Below are positions 51,514 to 60,077 of a DNA stretch of 64,000 nucleotides, in pieces; position 1 is the stretch's first letter; each line of letters begins with the position of its first letter. Source of the stretch: an uncultured delta proteobacterium (GTDB lineage: Bacteria; Myxococcota; Myxococcia; Myxococcales; Myxococcaceae); the NCBI GenBank assembly GCA_963796055.1, contig CAWCKH010000004.1, positions 2,048,001-2,112,000 on the forward strand, read 5' to 3'. Below the pieces are notes generated by a model. The model ran no database searches and was not told the DNA's origin. It worked only from the letters and a program-made list of their open reading frames with translations. The position numbers and the translations under genes are program-made.

Positions 51514-52359
51514 CTACCTCTGCGCCGCCGGCCTGATCTCCGCCGCCCGCGCCTGGGCCATCAGCTTCTGCTTCACCGGCTGGAGCCGCTCTGCTCCGAG
51601 CACGTTCCCGCTGAGGTGCTTCGCGGCGATGTACTGCTGGAGATGGGCGATGCGATCGCTGGTGAGCGGATGGTCCGAGAGGAACTTGGCGATGCTCGGC
51701 ACCTCCCCCTCCATGGCCTTCAGCTTCTCGAAGAACTGGATGATGCCGTGTGGGTCGTACCCCGCCGCCGCCGAGTAGCGGGCGCCGTACTCGTCGGCCT
51801 CGGTTTCGTCCTGCCGGCTGTAGGAGAGCAGCGCCCCCTTCGCCGCGAGCGTCGCGGCCAGCTCCGCGAGCTGGTTCGGGTTCTGGCCCAGCGCGATGCC
51901 CAGCACCGTCTCCAGACCCATCGCATCCACCATCTGGCGCGCCGAGTGCCGGGCCACCACGTGCCCGGACTCGTGCCCCCACACGCCGGCGAGCTGGGCC
52001 TCGTTGTCCGCGGCCATCAGCAGCCCGGTGAACACGTAGAGGTAGCCGCCGGGGGTGGCGAAGGCGTTCACCTGCTTGGGGTCGTCGATGACGTAGACCC
52101 TCCACTTCACGCCCGGGCGGTCCTTGCTGGCGTGGACGAAGATCTTCTCCGCCACCCCTCGCACGTAAGTCACGATTTCCGGGTCCTGGACGTACTTCGT
52201 CCCCTGCTTGTCCAGCTCCTGCTTCACTTGCTGCCCGAGCTGCTCCTCCTGCTCGTCGGAGACGAGCGCCTTGGCCATCCCCTCGGTGGTGTGAACGCCG
52301 CAGCCGCCGAGGGCGACAGCGCTTGTGAGGACCAGGACTTGGAACGGGCGTCGGAACAT
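51514..52359 (-). CDS. M48 metallopeptidase lipoprotein
   Basis: Lipobox LGGC, NAFATPGG, HESGH, YSRQDETEAD, SDHP. Confidence 0.9.
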   Translation of the reverse strand: MFRRPFQVLVLTSAVALGGCGVHTTEGMAKALVSDEQEEQLGQQVKQELDKQGTKYVQDPEIVTYVRGVAEKIFVHASKDRPGVKWRVYVIDDPKQVNAFATPGGYLYVFTGLLMAADNEAQLAGVWGHESGHVVARHSARQMVDAMGLETVLGIALGQNPNQLAELAATLAAKGALLSYSRQDETEADEYGARYSAAAGYDPHGIIQFFEKLKAMEGEVPSIAKFLSDHPLTSDRIAHLQQYIAAKHLSGNVLGAERLQPVKQKLMAQARAAEIRPAAQR

Positions 52360-52489
52360 GGAGAGTCTCCTGAACCCGGAATGGATGATTCCTGCCCGCC
52401 CGCCGCGCAACCGCTGGCTTCCTCGCCAACACTCGCTGGACGACACCCCTTCCTTCCGGGCAGGGGAGGGCCCCACCCTGCGGGACGAC

Positions 52490-53329
52490 ATGGCCCGCCC
52501 CTACTGGAAAGGAAGCATCAGCTTTGGACTGGTGAACGTCCCGGTGGCGCTCTACCCGGCGACCCGTCGGCTGGATTTTCAGTTTCACCTGTACCACGAC
52601 GCCGACGGAGGACGGATCCGCGAGAAGCGGGTCTGCGAGCTGGACGGCCAGGCGGTGCCCTGGAGTCACATCGTCAAGGGGTACGCCCTCTCCAAGACGA
52701 AGGTGGTCACCCTCGATCCGGAGGAGCTCCGCGCGGCGGAGCCCGAGCGAGACCGGACCATCGGCATCGAGGAGTTCGTCAAGCTGGAGGAGATCGACCC
52801 GCTGCTGATCGATCAGTCGTACTACGTCGCGCCGGACGGCCGGGCGGGGAAGGCATACCCGCTGCTCGCCGCGGCCCTGGAGAAGACCGGGGAGGTGGCG
52901 ATCGCCCGCATCGTGCTCAGCACCAAGCAGCATCTGTGCATGGTGCGGAGCGTGGAGGGCCGCCTGATCCTCACCACCCTGCTGTGGGCGGACGAGGTGC
53001 GCCAGGCGCCCGAGGTGCCGAAGTCGACGGTCGGGGGCAAGGAGCTGCACATGGCCGAGCAGCTGGTCCGCTCGATGAGCGGCCACTTCCGTCCGGAACG
53101 CTTCAAGGACGAGCACCGGGAGCGGGTGGAGGCGCTGATCAAGAAGAAGGCCAAGGGGCAGACCATCGAGGCGCCCCCGGAGCCTCAGCCCAGCCGGGTG
53201 GTGGACCTCGCGCGTGCGCTCGAGCAAAGCCTCGCCGCCAGCAGGCGCTCGTCCGCACCGGTCGCGCGGGCCAGGCCGACCCGGGCGCGTCGCCGGGCGG
53301 CGCCAGCACGGGCCCGGGCGCGGCGCTGA
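52490..53329 (+). CDS. ku: NHEJ DNA end-binding protein Ku
   Basis: WKGSISFGLVNVPV, KGY, YYVAP, basic Ala/Arg C-terminal tail. Confidence 0.92.
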   Translation: MARPYWKGSISFGLVNVPVALYPATRRLDFQFHLYHDADGGRIREKRVCELDGQAVPWSHIVKGYALSKTKVVTLDPEELRAAEPERDRTIGIEEFVKLEEIDPLLIDQSYYVAPDGRAGKAYPLLAAALEKTGEVAIARIVLSTKQHLCMVRSVEGRLILTTLLWADEVRQAPEVPKSTVGGKELHMAEQLVRSMSGHFRPERFKDEHRERVEALIKKKAKGQTIEAPPEPQPSRVVDLARALEQSLAASRRSSAPVARARPTRARRRAAPARARARR

Positions 53330-53342
53330 CGGAGGCAGGGGC

Positions 53343-53471
53343 TCAGAGGAAGTCCGAGCACGAGGCGTAGTACCCGCAGCGGCAGAAGAGCTTGCACTTC
53401 CGCTCCTCCAGCGGTGCCCCGCAGTTCAGGCACGTGCGGACGAGGCGCTCGGGACTGCTCGACACCGTCAC
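53343..53471 (-). CDS. Small zinc-finger micro-protein
   Basis: TCLNCGAPLEERKCKLFCRCGYYASCSDFL, with strong codon bias. Confidence 0.65.
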   Translation of the reverse strand: MTVSSSPERLVRTCLNCGAPLEERKCKLFCRCGYYASCSDFL

Positions 53472-53769
53472 GGACGCACGCTCCCGGTCGGACGACAGGG
53501 CCGTTGTCTTCTCGCCGGCCAATGAGGAGCTCATTCGCGAAGCAGGGTAGCGATGGGGAGTGACAGCCTGCCCGACGCTGCCCCGACGGAAATCGAGGGA
53601 CCGATTCGTGTGCGCCTCGGGCGGAACGACGCTGGTCTCGCTCCCAAGCGCGGCGGGTTGCAACCAATCCGCCACGGTCCCACGGTCCGCTCGGGCGGAC
53701 TCGCGGCTGCGCGCGTCTCGAGCGCGGAGACACCGAGAGATCGAGGACGGACGGTCAGGGACGCCAGAT

Positions 53770-53972
53770 TGCACTCCACATCCCGAAACGATCTCCCAGC
53801 GGGGCGGGGGGGGGTGGGGCACTGGCCTCTTGCCCTGCGAAGTCAGCGCGTGGGGACGTGGAGTGCGGTTCGGGGACGTCGGATGCAATTCCACATCCCG
53901 AAACGGACCCCTCCACGTACGAGAAAGGCGGCCGGCATGTCGCGACCGAGGAATCCTCAGGCGACCTCGGTC
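53770..53972. repeat. Cluster of direct and inverted TCCAC(A/G)TCCC repeats, a G-tract and a hairpin
   Basis: TCCACATCCCGAAACG at 53775-53790 and 53890-53905; inverted partial copies at 53852-53866 and 53868-53883; G-tract 53801-53819; hairpin 53944-53972. Confidence 0.6.
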
Positions 53973-53978
53973 ACAGCG

Positions 53979-54551
53979 CGCCGGACGGATCCCGGCGAAG
54001 GTGTCGGTGGCCGCCCGGGCCAGGGGCACTGCCGGATTGGCGAAGGCGGTCGAGGCGGTGAACCAGTAGGCGCCGGTCACGTAGGCCGCCACCGCGAAGG
54101 CGCATCCCGGCCGGGAGCGGGCGCTTCCCCAGATGACCGAGAGCAGCCCGAACGTCGCCACCGCCTCGGCGAGCACCTGTGCCGTGCCGGCGCGGGCGTG
54201 CGCCGACGCGGTGAAGGCCGGCAGCTCGAACATGCCGTGGGCAATCACCACCCCGGCGAAGGCACCCAGGACCTGGGCCAACACGTACGCCGGGACCTCG
54301 CGCCAGGCCAGCCCGCCCTGGCTCGCGTCGGCGATCGTCACCGCCGGGTTGAGGTGCGCTCCCGAGACTGGACCGAAGGCCAGGGCCAGTGCCACCAGCG
54401 CCCCGCCGGTCGCCACCGAGTTCGCCAGCAGCGCCAGCGCCACGTTCCCGCCCGAGAGCCGCTCGGCCATGATCCCCGAGCCGACCACCGCCACCAGCAG
54501 CATCGCCGTCCCGCAGGCCTCGGCGACCGCACGGCGCGACAGCGTCCTCAC
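53979..54551 (-). pseudogene. Truncated MIP/aquaporin of the ars-operon type
   Basis: GSGIMAERL, SGAHLNPA, AYWFTASTAFANPA, FAGIRP; the last TM helix and stop codon are missing. Confidence 0.8.
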
Positions 54552-54589
54552 CGGCGCCCCCGCGCGCCCGCGCGCACCGCCACCGGGCG

Positions 54590-54919
54590 AGGCGGGGGAT
54601 CGCAGCGGACGGTCTCCACCGGTCCGCAGCGCGCGCCCCGCAGCAGTTCTCGGTGAGGTAGGCCACCAGCGCGTTCATCCGGTCATAGGCCGCGGCGTAG
54701 ATGAGCTGGCGGCTCCGCCGCTCCTGGGTGACCAGCCCGGCGTGCATCAGCTGGTGGAGGTGGAACGACAGCGACGACGACGGGACCTGGATCGCCTCGG
54801 CGATTGCCCCCGGCGGAGAGCCCGTCCGGGCCGCGGCGGACCAGCAGCCGGAACACCTCCAGGCGGGTCTCCTGGGACAGCGAGCCGAGCGAGGCAAGAG
54901 CCTCCGAAGTGTGCTACAT
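54590..54919 (-). pseudogene. arsR: ArsR-family regulator pseudogene
   Basis: ATG followed by TAG; LSQETRLEVFRLLV..G, frameshift in a G run, SSLSFHL..LTENCCG. Confidence 0.75.
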
Positions 54920-54937
54920 TTCTAGAAGAATCAAAAT
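54918..54937. promoter_or_regulatory. Putative ArsR operator ATTTCTAGAAGAATCAAAAT
   Basis: AT-rich imperfect inverted repeat overlapping the arsR start, in a GC-rich background. Confidence 0.5.
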
Positions 54938-55020
54938 CACCATGCAAGCGAGCCCGGACGACGCGGGAGTCCGCGACTGTGCTGCTCGCTCGTCCCGCCG
55001 CATGGCAGGGTGCTCGGACG

Positions 55021-55668
55021 ATGGAACCGGTCGCTCCCGTCACCCTCCAGGGCCAGCACGTCCGTCTCGAGCCGCTCGGCCCCCACCACCTCGACGGCTT
55101 CCAGACCATCATCGAGGGTCCCCGGGACACCTTCGGCCTCACCCCCGTGCCGCGGAGCCGGGCCGAGCTCGAGGCCTGGCTGGCCACGGCGCTCGAGGAC
55201 CAGCGGCGCACCGTCGCGCTCCCGTTCGCCACGGTGGACGCGCGCACCGGGCGCGTGGTGGGGACCACCCGGTTCGGCAACATCGAGTTCTGGGTGATTC
55301 CTCCGGGCTCCGACGTGGGCCGGCCCCCGGGCGTGCCCCACGCGGTGGAGATCGGCTGGACCTGGCTGGCTCCGCACGCCCAGCGGACCGTGGTGAACAC
55401 CGAGGCCAAGCGCCTGATGCTCGCCCACGCCTTCGACCGGTGGGAGGTATACCGGGTCTCGCTCAAGACCGACGTCCGGAACGTCCGCTCGCGCACCGCC
55501 ATCGAGCGCATCGGCGCGAAGCTCGACGGCGTCCTCCGCGCGCACTCGCCCGCGGCGGACGGGGGGGCCCGTGACGCCGCCTACTACTCGATGCTCGCCC
55601 GCGAGTGGCCAGACGCCCGGGCACGGCTGGACGCCCGGCTCGCCCGCGGCGCGCGCCCTGTTACTTGA
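55021..55668 (+). CDS. RimJ/RimL-type GNAT acetyltransferase
   Basis: VRLEPL, EIGWTWL, NTEAK.LML, TDVRN.RS..AIERIGA. Confidence 0.88.
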   Translation: MEPVAPVTLQGQHVRLEPLGPHHLDGFQTIIEGPRDTFGLTPVPRSRAELEAWLATALEDQRRTVALPFATVDARTGRVVGTTRFGNIEFWVIPPGSDVGRPPGVPHAVEIGWTWLAPHAQRTVVNTEAKRLMLAHAFDRWEVYRVSLKTDVRNVRSRTAIERIGAKLDGVLRAHSPAADGGARDAAYYSMLAREWPDARARLDARLARGARPVT

Positions 55669-56263
55669 GGCGACTCTCGGCGGCGTCCCAGTCGATGTTG
55701 GAGAAGTAGGCCTCGACGTACTTCGCCCGCTCGTAGGGCTTGTAGTCGGGGACGAAGGCGTGCTCCCAGGCGTCCATCACCACGATGGGACGGTAGCCGG
55801 CGACGTTGTTGATCTCGTGCAGGCTGATCCAGTGGTTGGAGAGCCAGCCGGTCGTCGGGTCCTGGTAGGTGATGGCCCAGCCGACGCCCGGCATCGTGCC
55901 CACCGCCTTGAGGTCGGCCAGGTAGACGTCCCAGCTGGAGAAGCTCGCCTCCGCGGCCGCCTTCAGCTTGCTGCCGGGGTTCCCCGAGCCACCGGGCTTC
56001 ATCCCACCGAAGTAGTACTCGTGCAGGACCATGCCGTTGTACTCGAAGCCCAGCCGGCGGGTCATCTCCGCGTAGGCCGGGTTCGCCCCCGAGGCCTGGC
56101 CCTCCTTGGCCAGCCCGAACAGAGTCTCGGTCAGCTTGTTGGTCCGGTTGACGTAGCCCTCGTAGAGCTTGAAGTGTGACTCGAGCACGCCGTCGCTGAT
56201 GCCCTTGAGCCCCTTGAGATGAGAGAACGACTTCGGGGTGTACTTCTTCGCCAGATCTGCCAT
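55661..56263 (-). CDS. sod: Fe/Mn superoxide dismutase
   Basis: HFKLYEGYV, LHEYYF, DAWEHA; RBS AGGAGG. Confidence 0.9.
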   Translation of the reverse strand: MADLAKKYTPKSFSHLKGLKGISDGVLESHFKLYEGYVNRTNKLTETLFGLAKEGQASGANPAYAEMTRRLGFEYNGMVLHEYYFGGMKPGGSGNPGSKLKAAAEASFSSWDVYLADLKAVGTMPGVGWAITYQDPTTGWLSNHWISLHEINNVAGYRPIVVMDAWEHAFVPDYKPYERAKYVEAYFSNIDWDAAESRLK

Positions 56264-56330
56264 GGGATGACTCCTCCTGTCGTCGAACGTGGGGCTTAAT
56301 GCCGAGTCGGGCCAGTTGGCGAACCGAAAA

Positions 56331-57152
56331 ATGCCGGAACTTCCGGAGGTGGAGATTGCGCGACGGACCCTGGATCGGTGGCTCGGCGGGTCCGAGGTCG
56401 TGGGCGCCGAGGCCGAGCGGACGCGGGTCTTCCGGGGGGGCGGGCGCACCGCGTTCGGCCGGCTCCGGGGGCGCCTGGCCCGGGCCGCCCGCCACGGCAA
56501 GCTGCTCCTGGTCTCCCTGGAATCGGGGCAGGGCTTCCTCTCCCATCTGGGCATGACCGGGAAGTGGGTCCGCCGGCCGGCCGGGGAGCCGGTCCCGTAC
56601 AGCCGCGCGCGCCTGCTGCTGGCCGATGGGAGCACCGTCCACTACCGGGACCCCCGCCTGTTCGGCCGCATCGAGCCGCACCCGGCCGATGCGCTACGGA
56701 CCTTGCCCGCGCTCCAGGCGCTGGGGCCAGACCCGCTGCTCACCCCTCTCGGGGGCCGACAGCTGCGGGACGCTCTGGGCCAGACCCGGGTTCCGATCAA
56801 GGTCGCCCTGATGGACCAGCGGCGGCTCGCCGGCCTCGGCAACATCCACGCCGCCGAGGCGCTCTGGCGAGCCCGGCTCCATCCGGCCCGGCCGACCCGT
56901 TCACTCGCGCTGCCGGAGTGGAACCGCCTGGCCACCGCCATCCGCAAGGGACTGGCCTTCGCCCTGTCGGCCGAGGACGCCGAGGAGATCGCCTACGTCG
57001 AGGAGCCCGGGACGCAGAACCCCTTCAAGGTCTACGCTCGCCAGGGAGAACCCTGCCCGCGCTGCGGCACGCCCATCCGGCTGCTGCGGCAGGCGGGCCG
57101 GAGAACCGACCTCTGTCCCCGGTGTCAGCCGGCGAGGAGAAGCAAGGGATGA
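56331..57152 (+). CDS. mutM: Formamidopyrimidine-DNA glycosylase
   Basis: MPELPEVE, HLGMTG, DPRLFG, GLGNI, CPRC..CPRCQ. Confidence 0.95.
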   Translation: MPELPEVEIARRTLDRWLGGSEVVGAEAERTRVFRGGGRTAFGRLRGRLARAARHGKLLLVSLESGQGFLSHLGMTGKWVRRPAGEPVPYSRARLLLADGSTVHYRDPRLFGRIEPHPADALRTLPALQALGPDPLLTPLGGRQLRDALGQTRVPIKVALMDQRRLAGLGNIHAAEALWRARLHPARPTRSLALPEWNRLATAIRKGLAFALSAEDAEEIAYVEEPGTQNPFKVYARQGEPCPRCGTPIRLLRQAGRRTDLCPRCQPARRSKG

Positions 57153-57598
57153 CCGTTCACGCCAAGGGCCTCGACCACGTGGCGATCGTGGTGCGCGATC
57201 TCGAGGAGAGCATCCGGCTGTGGCGCGATGCGCTCGGTCTGGAGCTGACCCACGTGGAGGAGGTGCCCGAGCAGGCCGTCAGGACCGCCATCTTCGGCCA
57301 CGGCATGGGCCGGGTGGAGCTCATCTCGCCCACCACCCCGGACTCGGGCGTGGCTCGCTTTCTCGCCAGCCGCGGCGAGGGCCTCCACCACGTGTGCATC
57401 GAGGTGGAGGACATCGAGTCGGCCATGGAGTCGCTGCGCAATGCCGGCGCACCACTGATCGACCAGCAGCCGCGCCCCGGCGCCGGCGGCGCTCGGGTGG
57501 CGTTCGTTCACCCCAGGGGGATGCGCGGGGTGCTCACCGAGCTGCGCCAGGGCCCGCCGGAGACGGCGGACCCCGTCAGTGGCCGGCGTCGGCCTTGA
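57149..57598 (+). CDS. mce: Methylmalonyl-CoA epimerase (VOC family)
   Basis: DHVAIVV, ELISP, GEGLHHVC, PGAGG..VAFVHP, GVLTEL. Confidence 0.85.
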   Translation: MTVHAKGLDHVAIVVRDLEESIRLWRDALGLELTHVEEVPEQAVRTAIFGHGMGRVELISPTTPDSGVARFLASRGEGLHHVCIEVEDIESAMESLRNAGAPLIDQQPRPGAGGARVAFVHPRGMRGVLTELRQGPPETADPVSGRRRP

Positions 57599-57875
57599 AG
57601 CAGAACAGGTCCTGCTGGTTGTTCGCCGGATTCTGGCCGGTGAGACAGACCGTGCCGCTGGGGCAGTCCTTGTCCAGCTCGCAGCGGTGGGTGCAGACGC
57701 AGTACGGCGCCCCCACCCGGCACTGGCAGAGATTGGGCGACTCGCAGCTGTTCTCCACCGCGTACACCGAGCACGCCTCGCCGAACTGGCTCAGGCTGTC
57801 ACCGCACGCTCCGATCACCGCCAGCAGCAGCGCGGCGCCGAGCGACAGCAGGGGAATCCGGACGCTCCGATTCAT
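57576..57875 (-). CDS. Small Cys-rich lipoprotein
   Basis: Lipobox IGAC followed by 10 further Cys in about 75 aa. Confidence 0.7.
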   Translation of the reverse strand: MNRSVRIPLLSLGAALLLAVIGACGDSLSQFGEACSVYAVENSCESPNLCQCRVGAPYCVCTHRCELDKDCPSGTVCLTGQNPANNQQDLFCFKADAGH

Positions 57876-57999
57876 GTTGTCCGGGATGCTAGCGCAGAGA
57901 GAGGGCCGGGGCGCGAAAGCAGACGCACACCTCATTGACACGGATGCGCGTGGGTGTCTTCATGCCGCGCCCTTCGTCCTACCCCTCCGGAGAATCACA

Positions 58000-59865
58000 G
58001 TGAAGGTCACTGCCCTGGCGGCGCTGTTCGTCTCCGCCACCGCGCTCGCGCAGACGCCACCGCCCGGCGCACCCGCCGCCGAACCGAAGTTCCGGAGCGA
58101 TGCCGACATCCAGCGGGAGATCGACGCACGGGTCGAGGCGGCGAAGAAGGAGCTGCGCGAGGAGATGCGGGCCCAGGCCGCCACCGTGGCCGCCACCTCC
58201 GCCGGCAGCTCGTGGGAGGCGGAGGCCGGGGTGCACCGCAAGCTCGACCTGGTCGAGCTGCACGGCTACTTCCGCGTCCGTCCGGAGCTGCTCCACAAGT
58301 TCGATCTCGATCAGCCGCCGGACTTCTCGGGGTACTGGCTCTTCCCCCGTCCCGACGGGACCGGCAGCCCCGGGCTGGCGAGCGGAGGTGGGCACAGCAT
58401 CGCCGGCACCAACATGCGCTTCCGCCTCGACCCCACCCTCAACATCTCCGAGGAGGTCCGGATCCACGCCCAGGTGGACGCGCTGGACAACCTGGTGTGG
58501 GGGAGTACGCCCGAGTACGCCTACGTCCGGCAAGAGCGGGTGGACATCGGCATCCTCGGCAGCAGCCAGGTGCCACCGGTCGCGGGCGTGAACTCCACCC
58601 AGAGCAACCTGGCGGTGAAGCGCGTCTGGGGCGAGGTCGCCACGCCCATCGGACTCCTCAAGTTCGGTCGGATGGGAGACCAGTACGGCCTGGGCATCGT
58701 TCACAACGACGGGAACTGCCTGGACTGCGATTACGGGGTGACCGTCGACCGGTTCCAGTTCGTCGCCGAGCCGCTTCCCGGCTTCTTCCTGGTGCCCACC
58801 ATCGACTTCGATCTGGAGGGGCTGGTCAGCGGCCATACCAACACCCAGGGACAGCCCTACGACGTCACCAACTCGGACGACTCGCACACCTTCGGGATCA
58901 TCATCGCCAGGAAGGACACCGAGCAGAAGGCGAGGACCAAGCTGGACGCCGGTGGCACCATCTTCAACTACGGCCTGTTCTTCCAGTACCGGAGCCAGAG
59001 CTTCGAGTACAACCAGGACGGGCAGGACACCCCCTTCTCCGAGCAGAACCCGTACACCACCCCCAACGGTTCGCTCAGCCGGACCTACCGCAACGCCTAC
59101 CTCTTCATCCCCGACATCTGGCTCAAGCTGGAGCGCAAGGCGTTCCGCCTCGAGCTGGAGGTGGCCGCGTACCTGGGGAAGGCGCAGGCTTGCCTTCCGA
59201 CCTACCCCAACACCTCCGGTTGCGGCTTCACCTCCGAGCTCACCATCGCTCAGTACGGGGGCGCGCTCCAGACCGAGTGGCGCCTGCTGGACGGGAACCT
59301 CAAGATCGGCCTCGAGGTCGGGGCGGCCAGCGGTGACTCCGCGCCCGGGTTCGGCAACAAGCCCAACCGGAAGAGCAAGCAGCCCATCTCCGGCACCGCG
59401 GGCGCGCAGTGGGGCGACTACGAGGGAGCACAGTACGGGTATCGCCCCTGCAGCTCGGGGCAGACCGCCATCTGCAACCCCCCGGACCGGGACATCCGCA
59501 ACTTCCGGTTCAACCAGGACTACCGGATCGACCTCATCCTCTGGCGGGAGATCATCGGCGGCATCACCGACGCGCTCTACGTCAAGCCCGGCGTCTCCTA
59601 CAGCTTCAACGACTCGCTGAGCGTCTTCGGGTCCTTCATCTACTCGAAGGCGCTGAAGCCCAGCAGCACCCCATCGGGGAGCAGCACCCAGCTCGGGGTC
59701 GAGGTGGATGCCGGGGTGCGCTACCAGACCGACGACGGCTTCTACGCCCAGCTCGCCTACGGCGTGCTCTTCCCGTTCGACGGGCTCCACTTCGGATACT
59801 CCATCCTCGCTCCCTCGGCCTCCGTCGCCCAGGCAATCCGTGCCCAGCTCGGGATTCGCTTCTAG
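58000..59865 (+). CDS. TIGR04551-family myxobacterial outer-membrane beta-barrel protein
   Basis: Signal peptide, HGYFRVR, NMRFRLDP, GRM...GLG...NDGNCLDCD, NFRF..DYRIDLILWREI, terminal Phe. Confidence 0.8.
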   Translation: MKVTALAALFVSATALAQTPPPGAPAAEPKFRSDADIQREIDARVEAAKKELREEMRAQAATVAATSAGSSWEAEAGVHRKLDLVELHGYFRVRPELLHKFDLDQPPDFSGYWLFPRPDGTGSPGLASGGGHSIAGTNMRFRLDPTLNISEEVRIHAQVDALDNLVWGSTPEYAYVRQERVDIGILGSSQVPPVAGVNSTQSNLAVKRVWGEVATPIGLLKFGRMGDQYGLGIVHNDGNCLDCDYGVTVDRFQFVAEPLPGFFLVPTIDFDLEGLVSGHTNTQGQPYDVTNSDDSHTFGIIIARKDTEQKARTKLDAGGTIFNYGLFFQYRSQSFEYNQDGQDTPFSEQNPYTTPNGSLSRTYRNAYLFIPDIWLKLERKAFRLELEVAAYLGKAQACLPTYPNTSGCGFTSELTIAQYGGALQTEWRLLDGNLKIGLEVGAASGDSAPGFGNKPNRKSKQPISGTAGAQWGDYEGAQYGYRPCSSGQTAICNPPDRDIRNFRFNQDYRIDLILWREIIGGITDALYVKPGVSYSFNDSLSVFGSFIYSKALKPSSTPSGSSTQLGVEVDAGVRYQTDDGFYAQLAYGVLFPFDGLHFGYSILAPSASVAQAIRAQLGIRF

Positions 59866-60064
59866 GCGAGCCGCGCTCCTGGTCCTCGTCGCAGTCGCCG
59901 CGGCCTGCGGGGTCCGGCCCAACACCCTCCGGGCGCCCGCCCAGGCCGGAGCGGCGCCTGCGCCCACGCCCGGAGCTTCCACCGCGACGGGGCCGGCCCC
60001 GGGCGAGGCGACCCCCGCGCCGGGCCGCGAGCCCACGGTCACCGGCGCCGACGCCGGGCTCTAG
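59840..60064 (+). CDS. Small lipoprotein upstream of lysA (LppL/LptM-like position)
   Basis: RRAALLVLVAVAAACGVRP lipobox, Pro/Ala-rich tail; GTG start overlaps the upstream gene. Confidence 0.55.
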   Translation: MPSSGFASRRAALLVLVAVAAACGVRPNTLRAPAQAGAAPAPTPGASTATGPAPGEATPAPGREPTVTGADAGL

Positions 60065-60077
60065 CGGTCGAGGGCCG

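Noticed and set aside
53770..53905. Mini-CRISPR
   Set aside because: Only two direct copies 115 bp apart with inverted copies between them; this does not fit a repeat-spacer structure.
53343..54551. 402-aa aquaporin-zinc finger fusion
   Set aside because: The middle is low-complexity, repeat-containing and lacks codon bias; it is read-through from a truncated gene.
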